Assembly: GCA_963666835.2 (NCBI GenBank)
Contig: CAXXGO010000007.1
Coordinates: 1-64,000, forward strand
DNA: 64,000 bases
Source of the DNA: Phycisphaerae bacterium
GTDB lineage: Bacteria > Planctomycetota > Phycisphaerae > UBA1845
Direction of reading: 5' to 3'
Part shown: in pieces, positions 10,225 through 20,344 of the stretch
Numbering within the stretch: position 1 is the first letter of the stretch
Layout: each line of letters begins with the position of its first letter
The notes under the pieces: generated by a model
Databases searched by the model: none
What the model was told of the DNA's origin: nothing
Seen by the model: the letters and a program-made list of their open reading frames with translations, nothing else
Position numbers and translations under genes: made by a program

Positions 10225-11138
10225 TGATCAAAGCGGCGCCGCTGCGGACGTGGGCCGAGACGGTCAAGCTTGCGCACTCGGTGTTCGCGCTGCCTTTTGC
10301 GTTGGTGGCCGCGTTCCTGGCCGGTCGGAACATTGCAGAGTTGGGTCGTCCATACTGGGGGCAACTTGGCCTGGTCGTTCTGTGCATGGTGGCGGCGCGC
10401 AGCGTGGCGATGACGTTCAACCGGATCGTCGACGCGGAGATCGACGCGCGGAACCCGCGAACGGCCGAGCGCCCTCTACCGGCGGGCCGGCTGACGAAGA
10501 CCGCGGCGTGGGTGATGCTGGGGCTGGCGGCGGTTACGTTCGGGCTCGGCTGTCTCGGCTTCCATCTTTTCTATGGCAACACGTGGCCGATGCTGCTATC
10601 CGGTCCGGTTCTGATCTTTGTGTGTGGTTATTCTTTTACCAAGCGTTTCACGCGTTGGTCGCATTACTACCTTGGCAGTGCGATAGCTCTCTCTCCGGTG
10701 GCCGCTTGGCTGGCGATTCACCCGGCGTCAGTGGGGCTGTCGGCGTGGCTTCTGGCGGGAGTGGTGACTTGTTGGATCGGGGGGTTCGACATTATCTACG
10801 CCTGCCAGGATACGGACGTCGACCGGCGGGAGCGGCTGCACAGTCTGCCGGCGGATCTCGGAACGGCGAAGGCTCTGTGGATTGCCCGGGGATCGCACGC
10901 GCTGACCGTCGCCGGTCTGATTCTGCTGGGAGTAGTCGCGGGGCTGGGTTGGATCTACGGCGTTGGCGTGGCTTTGGTTGCGGTGTTGCTGGTCGTGGAG
11001 AACGCCCTGGTCCACCCCGGAGACTTCAGTAAGGTCAATCTGGCTTTCTTCACGATCAACGGGGTCGTCAGCATCGCCCTGGCGGTAGCGACCATCGTCG
11101 ACGTATTCGTGCTGGGCAGCCCGGCGGGGCTTTCTTGA
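10224..11138 (+). CDS. ubiA: UbiA-family polyprenyltransferase (MqnP-like)
   Basis: HSVFALPF, NRIVDAEIDARNPRT, YSFTKRFT and DIIYACQD motifs; TAATG overlap with ubiX. Confidence 0.92.
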   Translation: MIKAAPLRTWAETVKLAHSVFALPFALVAAFLAGRNIAELGRPYWGQLGLVVLCMVAARSVAMTFNRIVDAEIDARNPRTAERPLPAGRLTKTAAWVMLGLAAVTFGLGCLGFHLFYGNTWPMLLSGPVLIFVCGYSFTKRFTRWSHYYLGSAIALSPVAAWLAIHPASVGLSAWLLAGVVTCWIGGFDIIYACQDTDVDRRERLHSLPADLGTAKALWIARGSHALTVAGLILLGVVAGLGWIYGVGVALVAVLLVVENALVHPGDFSKVNLAFFTINGVVSIALAVATIVDVFVLGSPAGLS

Positions 11139-11404
11139 GTGGAACGTCGGGCTGAGCCCGAACTACTCAGAATGGCCCCCGAACAGCAGGCTCTCTACAA
11201 CCTGCTCCGTTGATTGGGTGTCCCAATGTTGACGTCAGATGCGCGATGGAGCCTCCGCGTTTGAGGGCTCTTGACGCCTGTGATTTATGCCGGTTATCCT
11301 TTGGGGGCAATATGGATAAACCGCCACCGGTCAGCGGCGGTCGGCTGACGATCACCTCTGCCTATCGAGTGCCGATCGATTCGGGGGTCTTTGGGAGTCA
11401 TCGC

Positions 11405-13147
11405 GTGTTGATTCGTGTTTCTTTGCGGTTTCGGCTGTTGTTGATGGCGGCCGTAGTGTTGCCGGGCATCGGGGGGTGCATCTGGGCGAAAGATGATCCG
11501 AAGAAGGTGGATCTCGGCGTAGAGGTGGGTGACGGACGTTTGGCAGATTCGGCGGCGTTCCGCGACACCATCGGGGCGATCACCTATTATGATGGGCTCG
11601 GCCCGATGCCGGTTGAGGGTTACGGGCTGGTTGTCGGTCTCGGCGAGAACGGTTCGAAGGATTGCCCCCAGAGAGTGTACGCCGGGCTGGTTCAGGAGAT
11701 GTACAAGAACCGGCACGCTACCAGCCACGTCGTTGGTGAGAAGCAAATCTCGCCGGAGGAGCTTATCAGCGACATCGGCACGGCCGTAGTCATCGTTCAG
11801 GCCCAGATTCCCTCGGCCGCAACCAAGGGGTCTCGACTGGAGGTCTCAGTGACGGCATATCCCGGCACGCAGACTAAATCGCTGCGGGGCGGGTTGCTGC
11901 TGGCCACGGATCTGCGCGTCGTCCGAGCGGGAGCCCGGCAGCAGGCGATTCACGGTAACGTCCTGGCTCGGGCTTTGGGTCCGATCTTCCAGAATCCCTT
12001 CCTGGAGGATGAGTCGTCTTCGCGAACGCACGAGCTGTCCGGTACGATTCTCGGAGGTGCCACGGTGGTGCGCGATCGCCCCACTCGTCTTATCCTCACG
12101 CAGCCTTCCTATGCTTGGGCGAAGCGAGTTCGCGATCGGATCAACCTGCGGTTCCCCGCCCAGTTGCCCACGGCCGATGCAACGTCGCCCTCGCTGATTG
12201 ACCTGCGTGTTCCTCAGGAGTATCGGGGCGATGAAGCGCACTTTCTCCACTTGGTTCAGTGTCTGTACCTTTCCCACGACCCGCAGTTCCAAGCGACGCG
12301 GGCTCGGATGCTGGCCGAGGAGTTAGCTCGTCCCAACACCCCGCACGGGCGGATTGCCGCGTGCTTCGAGGGGCTGGGGCAAAGCGCGCTGGCAGTGTTG
12401 AACGAGTTGTATCCCAGTCCGAAGGCTCACGTGAGCTTCTTCGCCGCAGCGGCGGGCTTGCGTCTGGGGGACCATGTTGCGGGCGACATCCTGGCAGTTC
12501 ACGCCCAGGACCCGGCAAGCCCGTTCAGGTACCAGGCGATTCGCGCTCTTGGGGAAGCCAAGGGTATCGGAGGTGCCGGGGTCGCCTTGCGCGGCTTGTT
12601 GACTGACGAGGATCCGCGCGTGCAAGTCGCCGCTTACGAGCAGTTGGTAAAACGCGGCGATCCGGTCGTGTCCACAACTACTGTCGGGACGAGTAATTTC
12701 GTTCTGGACCGCGTATCTCTTTCAGGTGAACGGTTTGTCTATGTCCGGCGCTCGGACGAGCAGCGGATAGCATTGTTCGGTGAGGGTCTGCGGTGTCGCC
12801 CCCCGATCATGTACCGCTCTCCGGACGGGGCCTTGACTCTGACGGCGCAAGAAGGCGCCGAGAATATTACCGTATTGCGTTGTGTGCCCCAGTCCGGTTC
12901 GGTGTCGCCGCCGATTCCGGTGTCGTTTGATCTGCGGGAACTAGTGGAATTAATGGGTAATGATGCCGGCGTTGATCTGGAGGGGAAGGTGGTGGGACTG
13001 GGGATCGGTTACGAGGCCGTGGTCCGGGCGCTGCACCATCTCTGCACGGACCAGACGGCTAACGCCCGATTTGTATTGGAGCAGCCTAACGCGGCTGAGT
13101 TGTTTGGACCGGTTGCGCCCACCGGCCGTCCGGAGTCGGAGTTGTAA
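11405..13147 (+). CDS. FlgI (flagellar P-ring)-like lipoprotein with HEAT-like repeats
   Basis: VEGYGLVVGLGENGS and KSLRGG.LL.T.L FlgI motifs; C-terminal 'LRGLLTDEDPRVQVAAY' HEAT-like; IGGC lipobox; GGGAG before GTG 11405. Confidence 0.8.
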   Translation: MLIRVSLRFRLLLMAAVVLPGIGGCIWAKDDPKKVDLGVEVGDGRLADSAAFRDTIGAITYYDGLGPMPVEGYGLVVGLGENGSKDCPQRVYAGLVQEMYKNRHATSHVVGEKQISPEELISDIGTAVVIVQAQIPSAATKGSRLEVSVTAYPGTQTKSLRGGLLLATDLRVVRAGARQQAIHGNVLARALGPIFQNPFLEDESSSRTHELSGTILGGATVVRDRPTRLILTQPSYAWAKRVRDRINLRFPAQLPTADATSPSLIDLRVPQEYRGDEAHFLHLVQCLYLSHDPQFQATRARMLAEELARPNTPHGRIAACFEGLGQSALAVLNELYPSPKAHVSFFAAAAGLRLGDHVAGDILAVHAQDPASPFRYQAIRALGEAKGIGGAGVALRGLLTDEDPRVQVAAYEQLVKRGDPVVSTTTVGTSNFVLDRVSLSGERFVYVRRSDEQRIALFGEGLRCRPPIMYRSPDGALTLTAQEGAENITVLRCVPQSGSVSPPIPVSFDLRELVELMGNDAGVDLEGKVVGLGIGYEAVVRALHHLCTDQTANARFVLEQPNAAELFGPVAPTGRPESEL

Positions 13148-13150
13148 TCT

Positions 13151-14065
13151 ATGAAACGAGTGAACTTGTTATTAGCATCGGTTTCGTTCAGCGTTATTGT
13201 CTTTGGCGCCGTCGCGCCCGCGCCGGCCGGCGACGAACCACCGGTAACTGAGGTTACATCGGACGCCACGGCGGCCGCCGAAGATCATCCTTTCATAGCA
13301 GACGAGGTATGGAAGGACGGATTAACTGAAATATCCTACTTCGACATGAAGGAACGGGTCCAAAGACAAGTTCGCAACTTCACCCAAGTGCAGTTGCTCG
13401 AGCGGCAGATGATTGATCCTTGGACGGGTGTCCAAGCCGGACGCGAGGCTAAGAACAAAACCGAGATGCTTGTTCTGAATATCGGTGAGGAGATTCCGCT
13501 GCGCAACTATGACCAAAGGCACCAGACATCGGTGTACTTGAACGTTCCGAACCTCGACCCAGTGAGGATGACCATATCGAGTCACGAGTGGCCCGGATCG
13601 ACTTTCAAGCACCTGCGCTGGAGCCCGGAGGATGTGCTGATTACCAGTTGCTCTTACCATGCGGATGAAGGAGACCGGACGTGGCGCACTCGTCATGACG
13701 CCGTGCCGTTCGAAGCCTTATTCGTTATGGTACGAGACATCGTATCCGGCGGACCTTCGGGCGAATTCTCGGTTATGGGCCCGATGCGCTCGACCCATCA
13801 GGTCGATCCGCGGTCGTGGCGCGCCCGGTTCTCGCTCGGCGAACCAAAGGAAGTGACGGTCAAGGCCGGGACCTTCCTCGCCCGCAAGGCGGCCATGGAG
13901 TGGCGGGGTCCGGCCACGTTCTTTATGGTCGAGGCCGAGTCTCCATATCGGATTCTGCGGTTTGAAGCGGGATTAGCCTTTGGTGAATTGGTTCACTATG
14001 AACGCCGGGCCTATCAGAAGACCAGTTCTTCCAGTGAATACTACGAACCTTTTAAAGCTCCTTAA
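13151..14065 (+). CDS. Secreted hypothetical protein
   Basis: 304-aa ORF with Sec-type signal peptide, 3 nt after the previous stop. Confidence 0.75.
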   Translation: MKRVNLLLASVSFSVIVFGAVAPAPAGDEPPVTEVTSDATAAAEDHPFIADEVWKDGLTEISYFDMKERVQRQVRNFTQVQLLERQMIDPWTGVQAGREAKNKTEMLVLNIGEEIPLRNYDQRHQTSVYLNVPNLDPVRMTISSHEWPGSTFKHLRWSPEDVLITSCSYHADEGDRTWRTRHDAVPFEALFVMVRDIVSGGPSGEFSVMGPMRSTHQVDPRSWRARFSLGEPKEVTVKAGTFLARKAAMEWRGPATFFMVEAESPYRILRFEAGLAFGELVHYERRAYQKTSSSSEYYEPFKAP

Positions 14066-14160
14066 GGTCACGCTGGGCATTCGGATTGAGGCGCAATCCG
14101 TTGCGTAGTCTCCTTGCGAAGTAGGATTACGGTGTGCAATCGGCGTTCCCGGCGTGAATT

Positions 14161-17100
14161 ATGAGTCAGCGTCCTCAGCAAGTCTCACGACGCGGAGCAA
14201 CGGCGCGGCCGGGCGCGGTTAAGAGCATCCGGAACTTCAGTCTGCTTGTGGGGTTGGCGGTATCGCTGGGGCAGGCGCCGGCGGCGGCGATCGACTTAAC
14301 CGAACCCTGGCGGTGGGTCAGATTCAGCACCGAGGATGGGCTGCCGTCTGACCACATCACCCATCTCGCTGAAGCGCGCGACGGTACGGCGTGGGCCGGG
14401 ACGTCGGACGGGCTGGCGTGGTTTGACGGATACGTTTGGACCCCGATCGATGCCGACTTGGGCGCGCCGGCGCAGCGTGTTCAGCATCTGGCGATGTCGC
14501 CTCGTTACGGCGTTCTGGCCGTGCTGGACAACCATCTTTACGTCGGGGATCAAAACGGTTTCCGGCGTGTTCGGTGCGTATCCGAGGGTGAGCGACTGGT
14601 CGAAGCGGCCGTACCTTTCGCGGGCGGTCAAGTTCTGATCCAGGTATGGGATTCGCAGTTGCGGAGTGGATCCCTGCTCGCCTGGGATGGATCGAGGTGT
14701 CGGCCGTTCGACATTCCCAGCCCAGTGCCGCAGATGTTTCCCGGGCAGGCCAACATCAATATCTGGTCGACCCGGCGAGGAGGCACCTGGCTCAATACGA
14801 CGACCGGTCTTTATCGGTGGACCGAGGGTGCCTGGGAGCGCGTTCATCTGTGGACCGCGCATTGGCGGAGCGCTTGGGAGAATGCGACGACCGACTTGCA
14901 CCGGTGGTTCGGAGCGGCTTGGGAAATGCGCCTGCCCACCGAATCCAGTTGGCATCGGGTGTGCAGTGTGGCCGAGGACGAGGGCGGCGGCGGCATAATC
15001 TCGATGGCCGCACTAACGGCGGAGCAGCGTACCCTGCTATGGGAGTGGCATTCGGATCTGCCTACGGCTCCGCACATGGAGGGAGCAACGGAGCCGGTTC
15101 AGACGGTGGCCCTCGGCCCGGGCGGCGAGGCCATCGTGATCTACAAGTCCGGCGGAGTAAGCGTACGACGGGACGGAGATTGGGTGCCGCTGGCGGTTGT
15201 ACCCCGCGAGCTGACGAACGTGTTGTGCGCGCAGTTTCGAGAGTCGGGTGATTTGTGGGTCGGGACCGAGCGTGGTTTACTGCAATATCGAACCAGCTCT
15301 CCGCGGTGGACCCGGTGGGCGCATCCCTTTCCGGATAATCGCAACTGGGTCCACGAAGTTCTCGTAGCGGGAAACGGCGACGTTTGGATCGCAACTGCCG
15401 AGGGAATCGACATCCACCATTGCAACGGGCGGATGGAGAGCATCAATCGAGTCCTGGGTACCACTCTCGGTGTGGTTACGGGGATCGCCGAGGATAAGGA
15501 GGGTCGAATCTGGATATCCAGCGGGGCGACATTTTCCGGAGCATTCCGCTGGGATGGGCTTGCCTGGGAGCGGGTGGGTGAGGACCAGGGACTACCCCAG
15601 GTCTACTATCACAAGATTCGACGTGGTCGTAACGGCGACCTGTGGTTCCTCGGGTTGCGTTCGATCTCTCCGGAATGGCTCAATCAAATACCCAACGACG
15701 ATCCGGGTGCCATAAGGTTCGCGGATGGCAAGTTCACCCAATGGAACTCGAAGACCGGGCTGACCGGCAGGCAGGTCTATGCGTTTGCGGAGGCGAGCGA
15801 CGGCACTCTGTGGTTCGGAACGGTCGAAGGGCTCAGCCGCTATCGACACGGACAGTGGACCCATTGGACCATGGAAAACGGGCTCCGGCACGGCCGCGTC
15901 TTCACCCTGGTTGTGGATCGAGAGGACCGAGTCTGGTTCGGTGATCAACTCAACGGCTTGGGTACGATCGACGAGCAGGACGAAGTTCACTTCTTCACGG
16001 AAGCGGATGGGTTGATCAGTGATCGAATCTGGGACCTGTCCGTTGGAAAGGACGGCACCTTGTGGATTGCCACGGATGGTGGTCTCGGCGGCTATCGCGA
16101 TGGAGGCTGGCTGCGCTTCGGTTTGGACTCCGGCTTATCAAACAGCCACCTCTGGCCGGTAAACGCTGCCGCGGACCAGGTTTATCTGGGCAGCCGGGGG
16201 GGCGGTCTGCACATCCTCAGTCTGGCCGAGGATCGACAGCCGGGCCCCCGGGTCACGATTGCGCCCCCCGCGATTGAGCCGTCTCGAGTTTCTCTTCGCT
16301 GGCACCCGGCATCCTATTGGGGACAAGTGGCTTCGGCACGCCTGCAGACCCGCTACCGGGTGGACGACCGCGATTGGTCGGATTGGAGTACGAAGCACGA
16401 GGCGACTTTGATGGGATGGCCGGCCGCACACCACACTCTTGCGGTTCAAGTTAAGGGGCTCTTCGGCAAAACGGGTACGGCAACCATGCCGTTTGTGATT
16501 CCGGCACCATTCTATCGCCGGCCGGAATTCGTGGGAGCAGTCAGTCTCTGTTCGGCGGTGGTCTTGCTTCTGCTGGGAGTGCAGTATTCCCGGCGTCGGC
16601 AGTACCAGCGGGCCTTGCAGGAAAGCGAACAGCGGCTGCGTCTCGTGCTGGATCTCGTACCGCACATTATCTGCGCGAAAGACTCGGACGGAAAGTTTCT
16701 GCTGGTCAACAAGACGGCCGCCGAGCGTTACGGGATGACTCCGCGGGAGCTCGTGGGGCGAAGAATGGAGGAAGTCTGCGATGATTCTGCAGAGTTCCGC
16801 TTGGTGCTGGACGACGACCAGGAGGTAATCCGCAGTGGCGAACGATATCACGTTCCGGAGGAATCCTACCAGGACGCAGCGGGGGTCACGCACTATTTCG
16901 AGACTACCAGGATCCGTTTCGAGAGCCATGACGGCAAACCGGCGGTGCTCCTGATCGGCATCGACATCACGCAGCGCAAACAGGCCGAGGAACAACTCCG
17001 CATGCTCTCATCCGCGGTGGAGCAAAGCAACGAAGGCGTCGCGGTTCTCAGCTTGGAGGGGACCGTGCTGTTTCTGAACGAGGCCTTTGCGCGGATGCAT

Positions 17101-18156
17101 GAGCACCGCGTCACCGATCTGGTCGGGAAGCACTACTCCGTTTTTCATAAGCCGGAACAAATGGGCGGAGCTTCTACCGCCGTACGGCAGATCATAGAGA
17201 CCGGAGAGTATTACGGAGAACTCTGGCACGTTCGCCGTTGCGGCGCGGTCTTTCCGACCCAAATGCAGTGTTCATTGCTGCGGGATCCGCAAGGGGCGCC
17301 GTGGGGCATAATCGGCACGGCCCGCGATATCACCGAACAGAAACGGGTGGAGCAGGAGTTGACCGGCTATCGCCATCATCTCGAGGAAATGGTGGAGCGG
17401 CGCACGCAGGAACTGGAGGATTCTCGTCGACAACTGCGCCGCTCGGAGCGCCTGGCCTCCATCGGTACCTTGGCGTCCGGCATCGCTCACGAGATTAACA
17501 ACCCGCTGGGGATGATGTTGCTGACCGCCGACGCGGCCCTGGATTGTGATAATGATCCCGAAACCACCAAGAAATCGTTGAACCAGATTCGAGCCGATGT
17601 GAAGCGTTGCGCCCGCGTAGTCCAAAGCGTTCTGCGGTTCGCCCGGGAGCAACCATCGGAGAAGTCGCCCGTGCAGATTAATGAGGTTGTGCGGGACGCC
17701 ATGGAGATAACCAGGGAGTACGCCCGCCGGCACGGGGTGACTGTCACGGAGTATCTGGCCGAGAGCCTCTTACCGATTACGGGAAATGCTACCGAACTCG
17801 AGCAGGTCTTCGTCAATCTGATCTACAACGCCGTGCACGCCTATCAGGCGGGCGGGAGTGTGCAGATTGAAACGTCCGCAGAGGGCCAAAGGGTGCGGGC
17901 GGAAGTACGCGATGACGGCTGTGGGATGACCAAGGACCAGGTCGAACGAGCCTTCGATCCTTTCTACACTACGCGGATTACCGAGGGGGGCACGGGGCTC
18001 GGACTCAGCACCTGCCACGGTATTGTCACCGAACACGGCGGGACTATTGACATTGAGAGTCGAGAAGGACGCGGGACGCGAATGATCGTGGAGTTTCCCG
18101 TTGCCGATGTCGACCCTGCGAAGGAGGCCGGCGATGGCGAAGATCCTCGTAGTTGA
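14161..18156 (+). CDS. Sensor histidine kinase: periplasmic beta-propeller repeats, Y_Y_Y-like domain, TM, two PAS domains, HisKA, HATPase
   Basis: Repeated 'DG.LW.GT..GL' blades, 'QTRYRVDDRDWSDW', H-box AHEINNPL, NLIYNA, DDGCGM, FYTT and GTGLGL. Confidence 0.93.
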   Translation: MSQRPQQVSRRGATARPGAVKSIRNFSLLVGLAVSLGQAPAAAIDLTEPWRWVRFSTEDGLPSDHITHLAEARDGTAWAGTSDGLAWFDGYVWTPIDADLGAPAQRVQHLAMSPRYGVLAVLDNHLYVGDQNGFRRVRCVSEGERLVEAAVPFAGGQVLIQVWDSQLRSGSLLAWDGSRCRPFDIPSPVPQMFPGQANINIWSTRRGGTWLNTTTGLYRWTEGAWERVHLWTAHWRSAWENATTDLHRWFGAAWEMRLPTESSWHRVCSVAEDEGGGGIISMAALTAEQRTLLWEWHSDLPTAPHMEGATEPVQTVALGPGGEAIVIYKSGGVSVRRDGDWVPLAVVPRELTNVLCAQFRESGDLWVGTERGLLQYRTSSPRWTRWAHPFPDNRNWVHEVLVAGNGDVWIATAEGIDIHHCNGRMESINRVLGTTLGVVTGIAEDKEGRIWISSGATFSGAFRWDGLAWERVGEDQGLPQVYYHKIRRGRNGDLWFLGLRSISPEWLNQIPNDDPGAIRFADGKFTQWNSKTGLTGRQVYAFAEASDGTLWFGTVEGLSRYRHGQWTHWTMENGLRHGRVFTLVVDREDRVWFGDQLNGLGTIDEQDEVHFFTEADGLISDRIWDLSVGKDGTLWIATDGGLGGYRDGGWLRFGLDSGLSNSHLWPVNAAADQVYLGSRGGGLHILSLAEDRQPGPRVTIAPPAIEPSRVSLRWHPASYWGQVASARLQTRYRVDDRDWSDWSTKHEATLMGWPAAHHTLAVQVKGLFGKTGTATMPFVIPAPFYRRPEFVGAVSLCSAVVLLLLGVQYSRRRQYQRALQESEQRLRLVLDLVPHIICAKDSDGKFLLVNKTAAERYGMTPRELVGRRMEEVCDDSAEFRLVLDDDQEVIRSGERYHVPEESYQDAAGVTHYFETTRIRFESHDGKPAVLLIGIDITQRKQAEEQLRMLSSAVEQSNEGVAVLSLEGTVLFLNEAFARMHEHRVTDLVGKHYSVFHKPEQMGGASTAVRQIIETGEYYGELWHVRRCGAVFPTQMQCSLLRDPQGAPWGIIGTARDITEQKRVEQELTGYRHHLEEMVERRTQELEDSRRQLRRSERLASIGTLASGIAHEINNPLGMMLLTADAALDCDNDPETTKKSLNQIRADVKRCARVVQSVLRFAREQPSEKSPVQINEVVRDAMEITREYARRHGVTVTEYLAESLLPITGNATELEQVFVNLIYNAVHAYQAGGSVQIETSAEGQRVRAEVRDDGCGMTKDQVERAFDPFYTTRITEGGTGLGLSTCHGIVTEHGGTIDIESREGRGTRMIVEFPVADVDPAKEAGDGEDPRS

Positions 18157-18496
18157 CGACGAGGCCGTCTATTGTGAGCAGTTGCGGATGATCCTCACCC
18201 GGCTCGGGCACGAAGTCCGAGCGACCGAGAGCGGGGCGGCGGCGGTCCACATCGATCGCACCTTCTGTTGTGACCTGCTTTTAATCGACTGGATGCTCAA
18301 GGAGCCGGCCAGCGGGTTAGAGATCGCCAACACCCTGCGAACGGCGAATCCCGAAGCCGCCGCCATCATGATTACCGGATATCCGGTTGATCAGCTCGTC
18401 GATCAGGCCGGGGAAACCGAGGGGATCCGGTTCCTGCAGAAGCCCTTCGGGGCGGACGCTCTTCGGGAAGCTGTGGCAAAGGCATTGGGCGCGTAA
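18134..18496 (+). CDS. Stand-alone response regulator receiver domain
   Basis: ILVVDDE, LLIDWML, ITGY and LQKPF motifs; GGAGG RBS; overlaps the kinase 3' end. Confidence 0.92.
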   Translation: MAKILVVDDEAVYCEQLRMILTRLGHEVRATESGAAAVHIDRTFCCDLLLIDWMLKEPASGLEIANTLRTANPEAAAIMITGYPVDQLVDQAGETEGIRFLQKPFGADALREAVAKALGA

Positions 18497-18658
18497 TCGT
18501 AGCGGAGGCTCTAAGCCCGCCCTTTCCGGCGGGAGCATCCCCGTTCGCCGCCCGGAGGCAATAATTCGCCGGCGGAAACGAATAACCGGGGGCAGGGTCC
18601 TTGGGGATGCTGCCAGGCCTCGGCGGGGTTGCGCGCCCGCTAGCTACAGGCGATAGGT

Positions 18659-20035
18659 ATGGGCTTCACGTTCCGACATGGCGATCGTCCGATAAACGGA
18701 TATACAATCCAACGCGGGGTCGGTCGCGGTGGGTTCGGGGAGGTGTACTTCGCGCTTAGCGACGGCGGTCGCGAGGTTGCTCTGAAGTACCTGCTCGAGA
18801 ACCCGCAGGTGGAGCTGCGCGGGGTCTCGCACTGCATGAACCTCAAGAGCCCCCACCTGGTCACCATCTTCGACGTCAAACGCAGCGCCGACGGAGAGTA
18901 CTTCGTCATCATGGAGTACATCGACGGGCCGTCATTGCGCGATATGCTGGTAGCGGAGCCGAAAGGGCTCGGGCCACAGAAAGCGGCCTATTTCGTCCGT
19001 GAACTCGCCCGGGGGCTCGGTTACCTTCACGATCGCGGGATCGTCCACCGCGATATGAAGCCCGGTAATGTCTTCTTCGACGACGGATACGTCAAGATCG
19101 GGGACTACGGGCTGAGCAAGTTCATCTCCGTCTCACAGCACAGCGCCCAGACCGCTAGCGTCGGCACCGTACATTACATGGCCCCGGAAGTGGGCAGCGG
19201 GAACTACCAGCGCGGAATCGATATATATGCTCTGGGCGTGATGCTCTACGAGATGCTTCTGGGGCGTTTGCCCTTCGAGGGGTCCAGCATGGGCGAAGTG
19301 CTCATGAAACACCTCACCGCTCAGCCGGAGATCGACGATCTGCCCGAGCCGTTCGGGGCGGTTATTCGCAAAGCGCTGGCCAAGGACCCTTCGGATCGCT
19401 ATCAGACCGTCGAGGAGATGGCCGAGGATCTTCTCACCGCAGACGACGTCGAGAGAAGCCTGGCCGGGGTGGACGGTCGTTCGCTGGGGCTCGATGTTAC
19501 CAGAACCCTCCCACCCGTTGACACTCCGGTTCAGCCGCCGCCCTATGCAGCTCCCGTCGCGTCACCGTCCGGGCAGGTCGGGCAGCCGCCGGCTCCGCCG
19601 TATGCCGCGCCGATTCAACGACAACACGGCGCGGATACGCAGGTGTGCCGGGAGGTGGCCACGGGTTACGTGCATTACGCGGGTTTCTGGATCCGCGCCC
19701 TCTCGGCGCTGATTGATTTGATGATCGTGGGCGTGGCCGCCAATCTGCTGGTGGGGGAAGATTCATTTCCGATTCTGGCCATAATCTACCAGGGCATTCT
19801 AATCGGCAAGTGGAACGGGCAGACGATCGGCAAGAAGGCGTTGGGTATCAAGGTCATTAGCGCGGACGGGCGGCCCTGCAGTACGGCGCGTTCGTTTGCG
19901 CGAGCTGCGGCGAAGCTGCTCAATGTCTTCACATTCTTCATCGGCTACCTCATCGTGTCGTTCGATGATCGCAAACGCGCCCTGCACGATCACATCGCCA
20001 GCACCTTGCACATCTACGCATGCGAGGAGTTCTGA
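18659..20035 (+). CDS. Hanks-type Ser/Thr protein kinase with C-terminal RDD membrane domain
   Basis: GRGGFGEV, VALK, HRDMKPGN, DYG, GTVHYMAPE; RDD motifs YAGFWIRALSALID, GQTIGK and ALHDHIA. Confidence 0.93.
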   Translation: MGFTFRHGDRPINGYTIQRGVGRGGFGEVYFALSDGGREVALKYLLENPQVELRGVSHCMNLKSPHLVTIFDVKRSADGEYFVIMEYIDGPSLRDMLVAEPKGLGPQKAAYFVRELARGLGYLHDRGIVHRDMKPGNVFFDDGYVKIGDYGLSKFISVSQHSAQTASVGTVHYMAPEVGSGNYQRGIDIYALGVMLYEMLLGRLPFEGSSMGEVLMKHLTAQPEIDDLPEPFGAVIRKALAKDPSDRYQTVEEMAEDLLTADDVERSLAGVDGRSLGLDVTRTLPPVDTPVQPPPYAAPVASPSGQVGQPPAPPYAAPIQRQHGADTQVCREVATGYVHYAGFWIRALSALIDLMIVGVAANLLVGEDSFPILAIIYQGILIGKWNGQTIGKKALGIKVISADGRPCSTARSFARAAAKLLNVFTFFIGYLIVSFDDRKRALHDHIASTLHIYACEEF

Positions 20036-20073
20036 CGCAAGTTGGCGATTGCGTGCCCTGCAGAGTCGGTAGC

Positions 20074-20097
20074 CATGGGTCAACTTATTGACCCGTG
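20074..20097. repeat. REP-like class C palindrome (CATGGGTCAACTTGTTGACCCGTG)
   Basis: Also at about 53999-54022 and once in each 140-bp tandem unit (e.g. 62750-62773). Confidence 0.8.
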
Positions 20098-20270
20098 ATG
20101 TGCCGACGCACCGGCACTTCGCGCGCGACGCCCGTCCCCGCGGTACCGCACCTCTGTCATCGGCTCACCCGGGTACAAGATGCCGGCTGCGGATGATCGC
20201 CGGCGAATCGTCCGGCGACGAGTTCATCAAGACGATTGCCCGCCCGCGGCAAGACCGCGCGAGACGGTGG

Positions 20271-20312
20271 AAAAGCAGAGCGGGTGCCGGCCTTCGAAGC
20301 CGACACCCGCTC
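20271..20312 (-). terminator. Terminator-like hairpin after MCP-1
   Basis: GAGCGGGTGCCGGC...GCCGACACCCGCTC stem with T-tract on the minus strand; a homologous hairpin follows MCP-2. Confidence 0.6.
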
Positions 20313-20344
20313 GTGAAAGACAAGGACTGGTAAAGGTTCGGACG

